Origin: a virus
DNA: 64,000 bases
Virus genome (UHGV): UHGV-0140522
Direction: 5' to 3' (one strand)
The notes beneath the pieces are model-generated. The model was not told the origin of the DNA, did not search any database, and saw only the letters and a list, made by a program, of their open reading frames with translations. The position numbers and the translations under genes were made by a program. Of this stretch, positions 10,601-20,086 are shown piece by piece. Position 1 is the stretch's first letter; each line of letters opens with the position of its first letter.

Positions 10601-10918
10601 TTACTTTGCCCCTTCACCAGCCGCTTTTTCGTTCTCTTCATCAATCACTTCCATAGCGAAGGTGAAGATCTGCTGGAGCTGCGGAACAGTCAGTTTTTCC
10701 AGTACAGCGTCCGGCACGGATGGGATGACCTTGCGAACCAGGTCGGCGTAAGCAGTTACCTGCTCAACAGGCGACATGTTCTGAAGGTCTTTGCCTTCCA
10801 TCTGCTTGATGGAGACGAACAGGCCAACAGTCATTTCAACGATGGGGTATTCCTGACCGCCGAACTTGATGCTTTTCTTCGGAGGCAGAATGGAGTCGAG
10901 ATCGAGTAATTTGGTCAT
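10601..10918 (-). CDS. tail assembly chaperone, lambda G-like
   Basis: 105-aa acidic protein between the major tail gene and the tape measure gene; ends ...AAGEGAK in the sequence GGGGCAAAGTAA where a -1 slip enters the T frame. Confidence 0.6.
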   Translation of the reverse strand: MTKLLDLDSILPPKKSIKFGGQEYPIVEMTVGLFVSIKQMEGKDLQNMSPVEQVTAYADLVRKVIPSVPDAVLEKLTVPQLQQIFTFAMEVIDEENEKAAGEGAK

Positions 10919-10977
10919 TGGTTAAAGTCCTTTTAAAAGAGAGGCTCTTCCTGAGCCTCTGCTTAGTTACGTCGCGA

Positions 10978-11724
10978 TTATTCGGCAGAATTAACCGTTA
11001 CTGCTTTGGTCGCTTTCTTGCCGCCGCTATTGCTGGTAAAGGAGATATTTGCCGAACCTTCAGCTACTCCGCGAACCAGACCAGTCTGGTCAACGGTTGC
11101 TTTCTCCTGATTGTCGGATTCCCACACACCGGTTTTATCGCCGGCATCTGCAGGGGTGATCTGGGCAGTCAGCTGCACGGTCTCACCGGCTTTAACTTCC
11201 GGAGATTCCGGAGAGATAGAGACGGTTTTAACCGGCTTTGGGCCGCTCATTTTCCCCAGCACGCCGTCGTCATCCGGGTAAGCGGTGAACTGAACGGAGA
11301 ACACGCGAACATCATCAGACTGGTAGGTCATGGTGAAGTTACCTGCGGTCGCAGCTTTCGGGATGGTCAGAACGTAGTCGGTGGTATCCTGCGGGGTCAG
11401 AACCAGCTCTTTGGCTACGTCGATCAGGTTGATGCCCTGTGCGGAAGTGATGGTCACAGCGTTATCTTCTTCGCTCAGGGTAGATCCCGGCATCAGATCG
11501 ACCATATTCTGCAACACAGACTCGGCCAGCGGCGCAGTGATAGTGATGTTACGACCCTGCACCAGCTCGGAGATGGTGGTCTGCCCCAGCTGGTCTACGG
11601 TGACTTTCAGAGTTTCGGTCGCAACCTCAACCTGAACACCGCCTTTGGTGTAACCCAGATCAACGCCACCAAACGACACTTTGCAGGCGCCAAGTTTGAT
11701 GTTTTTTACATGGGTATTGGACAT
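10978..11724 (-). CDS. major tail tube protein, lambda V-like, with C-terminal Ig-like (Big_2) domain
   Basis: 248-aa ORF; C-terminal 90 residues have a Big_2-like pattern (VSISPESPEVKAGETVQLTAQITPADA...TVNSAE). Confidence 0.7.
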   Translation of the reverse strand: MSNTHVKNIKLGACKVSFGGVDLGYTKGGVQVEVATETLKVTVDQLGQTTISELVQGRNITITAPLAESVLQNMVDLMPGSTLSEEDNAVTITSAQGINLIDVAKELVLTPQDTTDYVLTIPKAATAGNFTMTYQSDDVRVFSVQFTAYPDDDGVLGKMSGPKPVKTVSISPESPEVKAGETVQLTAQITPADAGDKTGVWESDNQEKATVDQTGLVRGVAEGSANISFTSNSGGKKATKAVTVNSAE

Positions 11725-11769
11725 TGTTGGAAAACTCCTTTTTCCGTTAAATCAGCACCTTCATGGCGC

Positions 11770-11795
11770 TAATGGTAAGTATATACTTACTTATT
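11770..11795. promoter_or_regulatory. AT-rich palindrome family member (perfect 16-bp GTAAGTATATACTTAC)
   Basis: 9 nt after the U-like stop, 55 nt before the V-like start. Confidence 0.45.
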
Positions 11796-11798
11796 TTA

Positions 11799-12182
11799 TT
11801 AATTCAACAAATAGCCCGCAAATTCAATCGGGATACCCGCTTCAATTAATGAGCCTTCGTTTTTGGGATAAGTGATCGGCATAGACATTGGCCGAACCAA
11901 CCGGAAGTAAACGCCCTCTGACACGGTTTCTTCGACCGGGAACATATCCATGATCTTATTGGCTTTCGCCACCGCCTTTGTGATCGTCGCATTACGCACG
12001 ATGACGGTGAAAGAGTCGTGATAAAAGCCTTTCAACTCATGGTCAATAGCGATCCCCGTATTGGGATTAACCAACAGAACACCGGACTTCACATTGGCTG
12101 GCATGTAGTGACAGAAAATGTCAGCGCCGACTGTACCGATCTTCGCCTTCTGCATCAGGCTCGCAAATGCTTCAATAAACAC
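11799..12182 (-). CDS. tail terminator, lambda U-like
   Basis: 127-aa ORF directly upstream of the V-like gene. Confidence 0.5.
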   Translation of the reverse strand: MFIEAFASLMQKAKIGTVGADIFCHYMPANVKSGVLLVNPNTGIAIDHELKGFYHDSFTVIVRNATITKAVAKANKIMDMFPVEETVSEGVYFRLVRPMSMPITYPKNEGSLIEAGIPIEFAGYLLN

Positions 12183-12183
12183 A

Positions 12184-12690
12184 TCAACCTCTCGTAAAAC
12201 CTGCTTTCCTTGCCGCTTCTGCTATCGTCTGAGTGAACTGTTTTTCACTGATCTGTACGGCTCTCTCAAGGAACAAAGGCCCAACTCGTGGCTTCACACC
12301 AGCGACTGGCGGGTTGGTGACGCTCTTCATGCGAGAGAGATAGCCGAGACGATACTTGCCCAACTCCATGTACTCCGCATAATCGCCAACCTCAACGCCC
12401 GGATGCCCTTCGCGTGGTTTGGCTCCAAATACCGATAACTCAATACGAAGCCCGGTATAACCTTCTTTGACCACTCTCGCGAAGATCGCGCTTTCGAGTG
12501 AGCCAGTCTCCAGCGGGGCCATTGCCCGCGCAAGACGCTCAACCAGACGCGCCAGCTTCTCCATGTCACGGATGAGATAACGCTTAAAGGCTTTCTGGCT
12601 GTTATTGAGCCTGTCGCCAGCACGCTTAAACTGATGCGCGTCGTACTTCAGACCCATATGTTTGCCCCTACTTCCAGATGCCCTGGGCAC
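12184..12690 (-). CDS. tail completion protein (lambda Z / HK97 gp10-like)
   Basis: 168-aa basic protein at the Z position of the lambda order; translationally coupled to U. Confidence 0.4.
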   Translation of the reverse strand: MPRASGSRGKHMGLKYDAHQFKRAGDRLNNSQKAFKRYLIRDMEKLARLVERLARAMAPLETGSLESAIFARVVKEGYTGLRIELSVFGAKPREGHPGVEVGDYAEYMELGKYRLGYLSRMKSVTNPPVAGVKPRVGPLFLERAVQISEKQFTQTIAEAARKAGFTRG

Positions 12691-12992
12691 CCACGCAGTC
12701 CCCAGCGACGATGCACGCTGGATACCTTCAGCTTTTGCCCCTCCAGAATGAGAACGTCATCAAGCTGTACTGCGGCCTCAAGTGGGATCACCAGAACAGC
12801 ATCGAACAATTCCAGATCCGCTTTACCGCGACTGCCGGAGCTGTCCGCACGTACCGATGATTTCTCGTTACTTTGCTCAAACTTAACGACGCCGACGTTC
12901 GTCTTCCTGACGAACTGCAATTGCGCTTCACCGTAGACGTTCTTCGAACCCAGACGGTAAATCGCTATCTCTGCTTGCCATGAAATGTTCAT
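12648..12992 (-). CDS. head-tail joining protein (lambda FII-like); track ORF 12648..13106 trimmed to the Met with an RBS
   Basis: The internal start (MNISWQAEIAIYRLG) has an AGGGAGAG Shine-Dalgarno; it gives 114 aa, the size of FII, at the FII position. Confidence 0.4.
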   Translation of the reverse strand: MNISWQAEIAIYRLGSKNVYGEAQLQFVRKTNVGVVKFEQSNEKSSVRADSSGSRGKADLELFDAVLVIPLEAAVQLDDVLILEGQKLKVSSVHRRWGLRGCPGHLEVGANIWV

Positions 12993-13089
12993 GCACTCTC
13001 CCTGTGGTTGGCAGCCGCACTCATTACCAGGCGAAGGCGCGATTGCTCGTCTTGAGCCTTTCGACCAGAAGTAAATAATGCGACTGGCG

Positions 13090-13923
13090 TTACGCACGGC
13101 GAACAATCATGCGGTTATTGATGTAACTGACCAGCAGTCGCCAGGTACTGCGAGCCACATGCACATTTGCCGCTTTGCCGGTGCGGTACATATTGGTCGT
13201 TTCACCAATGGACTCAGACAGAATGCCGTCCTCGCGGGCTGCCGCTACGTCATTACCGTTAGCGATTTCGCAGGCTTCATTAACCACGGCCAGCATTAAT
13301 GCCTGTTTGAAGTAGTCCGGGAACTCGTCGAATTTCTCAGGCGTCATCTGCTCCCAATCGATCAGATCGTGACGATATGCCCCGTCAGCGCCCCACGGAA
13401 TGTCATAGACGTTCAGCATGTTTTGCGGGCGATCGTACCGGTCGAAGTCGATACGCAGGACTTTGCGGATTGAGAACGGCAGCGTTTTGACGCGTCTGGT
13501 GGCCTCAATGAGACGTTTGCGCATCAGCCCTTCGCCATCAGCTAACAGAGTGTCGCCGTTCAGCATATCGATAGCTTGCATCTGGGCGTCTGCGACCGTT
13601 GCGAATGACTGGCCTGGAATTGACAGCTCGAAGCTATTCAGCAGAACGTACATCTTGCGCTCTTCATGCGTCAGCCCGGATGCCACCGCTTTGACAATGA
13701 CGTGTCGCAGATCGCGCTCTTTATCTGAAAGAAGGTTGTGTTCGGCCGACACGACAACCGGAATGGACATCTGCCCCTCAGTAATATCGAGAGGTTCGTT
13801 ATCGACGATGATCGCACCTGCGCCATCTCTGACGGTATACGTGGCCGACTCAATATCCAGAACGTTAAATGCAAACGACAGGGAAACTGCTTCCCCGCTA
13901 CGGTACGTGTCGATCTGCGCCAT
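13090..13923 (-). CDS. hypothetical virion/head-completion protein
   Basis: 277-aa ORF inside the head-tail junction part of the late operon; no recognisable motif. Confidence 0.35.
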   Translation of the reverse strand: MAQIDTYRSGEAVSLSFAFNVLDIESATYTVRDGAGAIIVDNEPLDITEGQMSIPVVVSAEHNLLSDKERDLRHVIVKAVASGLTHEERKMYVLLNSFELSIPGQSFATVADAQMQAIDMLNGDTLLADGEGLMRKRLIEATRRVKTLPFSIRKVLRIDFDRYDRPQNMLNVYDIPWGADGAYRHDLIDWEQMTPEKFDEFPDYFKQALMLAVVNEACEIANGNDVAAAREDGILSESIGETTNMYRTGKAANVHVARSTWRLLVSYINNRMIVRRA

Positions 13924-14369
13924 TACTCACCGCCCTGTGCTTTCAGGATGCCTTCGATCATTTCAACGATACCTTTGGCTTTCACGCCAATCTGGTTGCC
14001 GATCTGACGCAGACCAGCAATACCTTCACAGTCCGCAATCGACTCCAGCTCTTCACGAGTAAAGCGCTGTACCGGTTTGGCTTCCACTTCAGCCGTACCA
14101 CGTTTCATTGGCACAATATCCGGGGCCGCCGTCTCGACAATGTCGTCCGCAGTTAAATCATTGCGGCTGCTGTACGCGGCAGAAGGAGATACATTTTTGC
14201 CTTCAACGGTAGTGGCACGCATGGAGGCACAAATCCGCTGCTGATCGATGAATGGCAGTTCGGCAACCGAGATGCCGTCGACAAACTGGATACCGCAGAG
14301 AATGCCCGTGTACCCCAAAAATTGAGGCTCCAATAAACGAATTTTTGCTGGTTTCATTCTTCTTCTCAC
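13923..14369 (-). CDS. hypothetical head-associated protein (FI position)
   Basis: 148-aa ORF, stop/start overlap with the next gene, late operon context. Confidence 0.35.
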   Translation of the reverse strand: MRRRMKPAKIRLLEPQFLGYTGILCGIQFVDGISVAELPFIDQQRICASMRATTVEGKNVSPSAAYSSRNDLTADDIVETAAPDIVPMKRGTAEVEAKPVQRFTREELESIADCEGIAGLRQIGNQIGVKAKGIVEMIEGILKAQGGE

Positions 14370-14400
14370 TTAATGGGCGGCATCGCCGCCCATGTGTTGG

Positions 14401-15324
14401 TTACGCAGCCGGTGCTGCGGTCACTTCAACGGTCGCAGTGGCTTTGTGGCTACCGTCTTCCGTGGTGACTTCGATAGTGGCAGTACCTGCAGCCACACCG
14501 GTCACAAGTCCAGTTGCGCTATCAACCGTCGCGAACTCGGCATTTTTTGACGCCCAGGTTACGCGCTTATTGGTTGCGCCAGCCGGTTCGATGTTCGCGG
14601 TCAGCTGTACCGTTTTGTTGGCTTCAACGCTGGTGGTGCTCGGATCGACAGAGACGCCAGTAACAGCAACGACAGGCTCAGTGACTTCAACCGTAGCAGT
14701 AGCTTTATGGCTGCCATCCTGCGAAACCACTTCAATGGTTGCCGTACCAACGGCTACGCCAGCTACGTTACCGTTCTGGTCAACGGTCGCTTTGTCGCTA
14801 TTTTTGGAAGTCCAGGTGACTCTTTTATTGGTTGCGTTTGACGGTTGTACATCAACGCGCAACTTGACCGATTTCCCCTTCTCAACAGAGGTAGAGTCTG
14901 GCGTTACCGTAACGGACTCCACGCTGACAGGCTTAACGGTCACTTCGACTGACGCAGAAAGCTGAGTCTGCTTATCGGTGGCGGTGATCTTCACTTTTCC
15001 CGGAGTCACGCCAGTAACCAGACCCGTACCGCTGACTGTGGCGACCTGGTCATTGGCCGACGTCCAGGTGAATGAATCTGCGCTTTTGCTCATGGTGATA
15101 CCTGCACTAAGTTGAACGGTTTTACCCACCAATACGGACGGCGCAGCCGGTGTAATGGTGACAGACTGAGTGAACGGAATTGCCCGGAAGCAAGCCGCAA
15201 GATGATTCTGCTGGCGCTCGCTCAGAGGCTCGTTGGAGATGGAATTGGTGAATTCGGCCCGGCACATATGCCCCGTGAAATCCGCAAACGCCTCTTCCGT
15301 GATCTTCATCTTTTGTTCTGGCAT
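14401..15324 (-). CDS. Ig-like (Big_2 x3) virion surface / head decoration protein
   Basis: Three tandem ~85-aa repeats with a Big_2 pattern (TVQLTANIEPAGATNKRVTWASKN...ATVD...GTATIEV); immediately downstream of the capsid gene. Confidence 0.65.
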   Translation of the reverse strand: MPEQKMKITEEAFADFTGHMCRAEFTNSISNEPLSERQQNHLAACFRAIPFTQSVTITPAAPSVLVGKTVQLSAGITMSKSADSFTWTSANDQVATVSGTGLVTGVTPGKVKITATDKQTQLSASVEVTVKPVSVESVTVTPDSTSVEKGKSVKLRVDVQPSNATNKRVTWTSKNSDKATVDQNGNVAGVAVGTATIEVVSQDGSHKATATVEVTEPVVAVTGVSVDPSTTSVEANKTVQLTANIEPAGATNKRVTWASKNAEFATVDSATGLVTGVAAGTATIEVTTEDGSHKATATVEVTAAPAA

Positions 15325-15336
15325 TTCTCGCTCCTA

Positions 15337-15364
15337 CAAAAAGGGTGGGCGTATAGCCCACCCC
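15337..15364 (-). terminator. rho-independent terminator after the capsid gene
   Basis: Minus-strand GGGGTGGGCTATACGCCCACCC plus TTTTTG; preceded by the palindrome at 15368-15392. Confidence 0.65.
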
Positions 15365-15367
15365 TAA

Positions 15368-15392
15368 ACAGTAGATAATTACTTACCTACTA
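15368..15392. promoter_or_regulatory. AT-rich palindrome family member
   Basis: GTAGATAATTACTTACCTAC, 10 nt after the capsid stop. Confidence 0.4.
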
Positions 15393-15398
15393 TACTGA

Positions 15399-16274
15399 TC
15401 AAATTTTTACGTTGGTCAGCGCGGCGATAGCCTTGTCGTGCTTGTTCGCCAGAGAGCAGTACCACTTAACGCGGGTACGGGTTGCGTCTTTGTTCTGAAC
15501 AGTACCGATGTTCTCAACAACGATACCGGCGTTTTCACCGCCATACAGACCAGTCACACCGTTCTCTTCGGACAGGTGCAGGCAGTAGATGCTTGCTTTG
15601 CCAGAATCAGTCGGGATGAAGTCGTTCACGATGAACGGTACACCGTTGTGGCACAGCATCGGACGACCGAAGTTTTCCATCATGATTTCGGACGGGCCGA
15701 GGCTAACGGTACGCAGCAGAGCGCGATAAGCACGCAGGTGCTCGGAACGCATCATGATGCAGTCTGCGCCCAGATCTTTCACCGCGTCGACCAGCTCGTC
15801 GAACATGGAGAAGGTCATGGAAGCGCCTTCGATGTCGATCTTCTGATCGTCGTGCATCAGCTTCGGAATACCGTCGAACGCTTTGTTGTTGGTGCTGGAG
15901 TCGCCCAGAATCAGGTTGCGGCGGAATGCGCGAGCCAGACCTTTCACCTTCTGACGAACCTGGATTGCCAGCTGGTTGTTGGTGTCGGACATAGTGGTCG
16001 CCAGGAATTTGTCGACGTCTACGTCGCCTGCCAGGATACGCAGCTTCGCAACGTGTTCGGTGAAGGTTGCAGCGCCTTCGGTGATGGTGTCGTTCACATC
16101 AATGAAGGTTGCTTCGCTCAGGGTAGCTTCGCGGTTGTAGAGGTATGCCTTAGAATTAATCTTCATGAAAGGCAGAACAGCGAACAGGTCATCGCGATCG
16201 ATGATGGTCTCGATCACACCCTGCTCAAGTTCGTTGTTAGACAGCTTTTCAGCTTCATCACGCAGTAATGGCAT
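15399..16274 (-). CDS. major capsid protein
   Basis: 291-aa ORF directly after the scaffold-like gene and before a strong terminator. Confidence 0.6.
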   Translation of the reverse strand: MPLLRDEAEKLSNNELEQGVIETIIDRDDLFAVLPFMKINSKAYLYNREATLSEATFIDVNDTITEGAATFTEHVAKLRILAGDVDVDKFLATTMSDTNNQLAIQVRQKVKGLARAFRRNLILGDSSTNNKAFDGIPKLMHDDQKIDIEGASMTFSMFDELVDAVKDLGADCIMMRSEHLRAYRALLRTVSLGPSEIMMENFGRPMLCHNGVPFIVNDFIPTDSGKASIYCLHLSEENGVTGLYGGENAGIVVENIGTVQNKDATRTRVKWYCSLANKHDKAIAALTNVKI

Positions 16275-16300
16275 CTTTCATTTCCCTATGATTTAAGATG

Positions 16301-17197
16301 TTACTTGAGTCCGATTTTCCCCAGACCGGAGGTCAACTTATCCATAGTCGACTTGCTCTTCGGCTGGTTTACTTTGTGGGTCGGTTTGCTATTGGAACCA
16401 GCACCCTGCTTGGCTTCGCTGCGCAACAGTGCGTCAGCTTCCGGATCTGCACGCAGAATGCGCTCAATCGCGGATTCGAACGGTAACGGTTTGCCTTCAC
16501 CGTCAACCAGAACTGCACGTTCTTTCTGACCGGCTGGCTTATCAAAGCCCACAACACTACCGTCTTCACCCACTTCGAAATGAGAGCCGTAGATAACGCG
16601 AGCCTTAGCCGGAGTCATCAGAACTTTGTCACGCAGGAAGGCAGAGCCGCTGAAGGAAGCGCCAACAGTCATTTCGACCAGTTGGGCCTTCAGTGCGGCG
16701 TTCTCGCTCTCCAGAGCGGAGTAGCGTTCGTCGCGCTGTGCCAGTTCAGCCTGGTGCGCTTCGATCATCTGCTTTTTCACAGCATCGAACTCACCACGGC
16801 GTTCCAGTTCAGCCTGCTCCGCCTCCCGACGTGCGGTTTCTGCGGCTTGTTCAGCTTCGAGAAGCTGGCGAGCACGCGCCGGGTCAATATCACCGTACTG
16901 AGCCAGCTGATCGGCCAATGTGCGCTCTTTCTCCTTGCGCTTCATGTTCTCTTTCAGCAGGTCAGCACCGGCTTTCTTGGACTTACGCAGTTCTGCCAGC
17001 AACTCTTCCTGAGTCATACCGGCATACTCGTCGTCGTCACCCTTCGGTTGCTCTTTTTGCTCGCCCTGTTTGCCTGGGTCTTGATTGCCCTGCTCATTGT
17101 CTCCAGCAGGAGCACCGCCACCAGCGCCTCCGCGCTCATGCGCTTCAGCTACATCCATCAGGCCACGACGGGCCATAAGCATTTGCCACAGATTCAT
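16301..17197 (-). CDS. scaffolding protein
   Basis: 298-aa highly charged, Ala/Glu/Gln-rich coiled-coil protein (EAEQAAETARREAEQAELERR) between the portal and capsid genes. Confidence 0.6.
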   Translation of the reverse strand: MNLWQMLMARRGLMDVAEAHERGGAGGGAPAGDNEQGNQDPGKQGEQKEQPKGDDDEYAGMTQEELLAELRKSKKAGADLLKENMKRKEKERTLADQLAQYGDIDPARARQLLEAEQAAETARREAEQAELERRGEFDAVKKQMIEAHQAELAQRDERYSALESENAALKAQLVEMTVGASFSGSAFLRDKVLMTPAKARVIYGSHFEVGEDGSVVGFDKPAGQKERAVLVDGEGKPLPFESAIERILRADPEADALLRSEAKQGAGSNSKPTHKVNQPKSKSTMDKLTSGLGKIGLK

Positions 17198-17219
17198 AGA
17201 AATTCCTTTTCGTTACTTA

Positions 17220-18794
17220 TCACTCGGTCTCTTGAGTAGATGAGTCCCCATTCCCTCGGGGTTGATCATGCCCGCTTTCTTGGGCTGTATCTTGATCATA
17301 AGTAAGTACTGACTTATTTTCAAGGGTGTTAAGATCATTTTTTGGAGGAAATTTCAAGAGATCTTTTTGAAATTCCTTCTGCATCGCATCGGAAATGTTC
17401 GGGAAGACCTTCTCGATGAGCATTTCCATCTGATGACGACGAACAGAATCAGGCGCCTGAAGCAGCGACAGTTTCTCGGCAACGGCAAACTCGTCAGTCA
17501 GACCGCGAATGTCGAAACTTTCCGGGTATGCGATCAGAGAGTGGTCTTCATCCAGTTCGACACCCATCCATTTCGCTGCCAGTTGCATCATCTGGCGCTC
17601 TGCCCTTTCGAGACGTTCTGCTTTCGTCACCAGCAGACTGTTAACGCGCTGGAAGTCGTACATCTTCGCTGCGCCCGAAGAGTTATCGATGCCCTGTGCG
17701 TTATCCTGCTTGGTTCGCTCACCTGCCACGCCAACGGAATGGTAGATCTCGTTAATCACCGTCTTAATCGTGGTGATAATCATCTGGGCCTGTTTCGGGT
17801 CCGGAGACAGGTAGAATGGCTGATTACCGCTCTCAGAGTCGAAGGTGAAGACGCGTTTTGTCCCCATTTCGAGCACTTTGGTGTGGTTTTCATCGCCCGG
17901 CAGCAATGACTGAACCGGGATCGCCAGCTGGCTGAATGTCTGATCCTGAATAATCGCGTCAAGGTTCGACAGGTAGTTGGCCACGGCGCGATCAAGATAG
18001 GCGATATCGTCAATCAACGACGGGCTGAAATACGGAGACTCGCTTTCACCAATGCAATCCACCGGGAACACCGGCACCACGCCCAGATTATGCTGGCCGC
18101 TATCCTCCAGAACGACTTTGGCCTGACGGCGACCGCTATTTCCGGAACCTTTCTTCACTTCTTCACGGAACAGATACCACTCGTTTTGCGTCCACAGACG
18201 GTAACGCTGGTATTCCTGTCCGGTTGAAGTGAACGGATCTTCGTCGTCGCGCGCGATTTCAACAATTAGCGCCCACAACATATTGCCGTCTTCATCCCAG
18301 GCAACATCAAGCAGCTGCTGCGGCGAAATCCAGTATGCGTAGGCACGCGCATCATTTTTCTTCTCGTCTGCAACAGACTCAACATCGACGTTCATCGTGC
18401 TGTCCACGACAACCCAGATACGGCCATAAATGGATGATTGCAGATCGATAGCCGCCATAAACGCATCGATGGAGGCGTTCTGGCGCGTGGCTCGCTTCCA
18501 GAAATTGCGGATCTGCTCCGGTGCTTCATCAGTGTTGCGGTGAATGACCTCTTTGAAGAGGTATTTGTTGATGAGGTTTACCACTTCGCGCGTATGGTTG
18601 AAGCGATAAGCGCGTTCCAGGCGCTCTTTGAACTCCTGATCGCCCTCTTTGAAGTAACGGAAGATATTGTCGTTGAACCAGGCACGCCCGCCAGCGTAGG
18701 TGCTGGCGAGGAAGTCCCAATGTTCTTTTTTCTTCTCATATTCAGGGTGGCGTCGTGCCACAAGGTCTTTGATTTGCTTGTCAGTCAATTCCAT
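17220..18794 (-). CDS. portal protein
   Basis: 524-aa ORF immediately downstream of the large terminase; acidic C-terminus. Confidence 0.7.
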   Translation of the reverse strand: MELTDKQIKDLVARRHPEYEKKKEHWDFLASTYAGGRAWFNDNIFRYFKEGDQEFKERLERAYRFNHTREVVNLINKYLFKEVIHRNTDEAPEQIRNFWKRATRQNASIDAFMAAIDLQSSIYGRIWVVVDSTMNVDVESVADEKKNDARAYAYWISPQQLLDVAWDEDGNMLWALIVEIARDDEDPFTSTGQEYQRYRLWTQNEWYLFREEVKKGSGNSGRRQAKVVLEDSGQHNLGVVPVFPVDCIGESESPYFSPSLIDDIAYLDRAVANYLSNLDAIIQDQTFSQLAIPVQSLLPGDENHTKVLEMGTKRVFTFDSESGNQPFYLSPDPKQAQMIITTIKTVINEIYHSVGVAGERTKQDNAQGIDNSSGAAKMYDFQRVNSLLVTKAERLERAERQMMQLAAKWMGVELDEDHSLIAYPESFDIRGLTDEFAVAEKLSLLQAPDSVRRHQMEMLIEKVFPNISDAMQKEFQKDLLKFPPKNDLNTLENKSVLTYDQDTAQESGHDQPRGNGDSSTQETE

Positions 18795-18810
18795 TTGCTT
18801 TTCCTTTCCG

Positions 18811-18837
18811 TTTAGGTAAGTACTTACCTATCTAGAT
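18811..18837. promoter_or_regulatory. perfect 18-bp palindrome TAGGTAAGTACTTACCTA between terL stop and portal start
   Basis: Contains the terL stop codon; 25 nt upstream of the portal ATG. Confidence 0.5.
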
Positions 18838-20084
18838 CCGCCAAGAATAACACGATTTTTCACCGGATACCTACGATGAACCGGATAACCCAACGCATCC
18901 GCACTGTGTTCGATGCCGCCAGTCTTATCCATATCGCGTGAGCCTGGCTTGTAGATCACCTTCTCCAGCGAGTCGATGAGGTGTTTGCACTTCGGATCGA
19001 TGTACAACCGGGTTTCGCCCGAGGCACTCATCAACATGCGGTTCACTGCGTTAACACGGTCTGCGATCGGCGGGTGCTTCTTCGGATAATCGACTCGAAG
19101 GAAACCTTTTTCCTTGAAGATATCGACGTCCGATTCACCGCGTGCGTGCTGGCGATACGCACCTGCCGGGTCAGGGAAGATAGTGACCTGAGACTTCCAG
19201 CGCCAGAAACGACGCTCCAGCTCATCACACACTTCAGCCGTGTTGGAAGAGAACAGCACAACCTCGTCCACGGCCCACAGCTCACCATTTGGCTGCGGCT
19301 GCAGGATGACCGATGACATAGGGTCGATGTTGAAGTCCTGACCAACCCAGATCGGCAGTTTCGGATTGAACTGGAGTGGCTTCACATGCACATTGCGGTC
19401 GAACGGGTAGTAAACGCGTCCGGACATGTTTTCGAAGCTGGCCAGGTATTCCTGCGCGAACGATTTAGGGTCCATATCGTTCTTCGCCGCTTCGATTTCC
19501 GCGCTCGGTACGAACGGAGAATCGGCCGTAACGAACTGCCAGCTCTTCCACTGCCCTTTGCGTTGCAAATCTATGTTCTGACCGATAGTCCACAGCTTGT
19601 GGAACTCGGAGAAGCCTTTTGGCGTACCGATGATCAGCGCACCGCCACGGGTAGAGGACAGTGTCGGACGCAGTACCTTGTACCAGGTGTCAGGCTTCAT
19701 ATCCTGAAATTCATCGAGCACCACGAAGTGCAGTGCCACACCACGAAGCGTATCGGGCTTATCCGCACCTTTCAGCGCGATTTCAGAGCCGTTCTTCAGC
19801 ACAATGGTCATCGTGGTGTCGTTTTTCTTACGAACCCATTTACGAGGCAGAACTTCCTGCAGGTCATCCCACAAGATCTGGCGAGCCATCTGGTAAGTCG
19901 GTGCGACGTACCAGACACGTTGCTTTTTCTCTTTGGCTGCCGCGCGGATGATGGTGGAGATCGACAACCGGGATTTACCCCAGCGTCGACCCGCACACAC
20001 CACTTTGAAACGATGTGGTGACTGGAAGACTTGCATCTGCCCAGAATGCAGCTGTACGAGACTCAGAGACGACGGGATGGCCAT
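18828..20084 (-). CDS. terL: terminase large subunit
   Basis: Walker A VVCAGRRWGKSRLS, Walker B VVLDEFQD, C-terminal acidic nuclease-like motifs; 418 aa. Confidence 0.8.
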   Translation of the reverse strand: MAIPSSLSLVQLHSGQMQVFQSPHRFKVVCAGRRWGKSRLSISTIIRAAAKEKKQRVWYVAPTYQMARQILWDDLQEVLPRKWVRKKNDTTMTIVLKNGSEIALKGADKPDTLRGVALHFVVLDEFQDMKPDTWYKVLRPTLSSTRGGALIIGTPKGFSEFHKLWTIGQNIDLQRKGQWKSWQFVTADSPFVPSAEIEAAKNDMDPKSFAQEYLASFENMSGRVYYPFDRNVHVKPLQFNPKLPIWVGQDFNIDPMSSVILQPQPNGELWAVDEVVLFSSNTAEVCDELERRFWRWKSQVTIFPDPAGAYRQHARGESDVDIFKEKGFLRVDYPKKHPPIADRVNAVNRMLMSASGETRLYIDPKCKHLIDSLEKVIYKPGSRDMDKTGGIEHSADALGYPVHRRYPVKNRVILGGSR

Positions 20085-20086
20085 AG

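Noticed and set aside
10918-11772. 284-aa plus-strand ORF
   Set aside because: It is antisense to the V-like major tail gene.
15438-16268. 276-aa plus-strand ORF
   Set aside because: It is an antisense shadow of the capsid gene.
16580-17239. 219-aa and 161-aa plus-strand ORFs
   Set aside because: They are antisense to the scaffold gene.
17296-17320. Palindrome-like CATAAGTAAGTACTGACTTATTTT
   Set aside because: It lies inside the portal coding frame (encodes KSVLTYDQ) and is probably coincidental; it is not counted in the intergenic palindrome family.
19386-20021. 211-aa plus-strand ORF
   Set aside because: It is antisense to terL.
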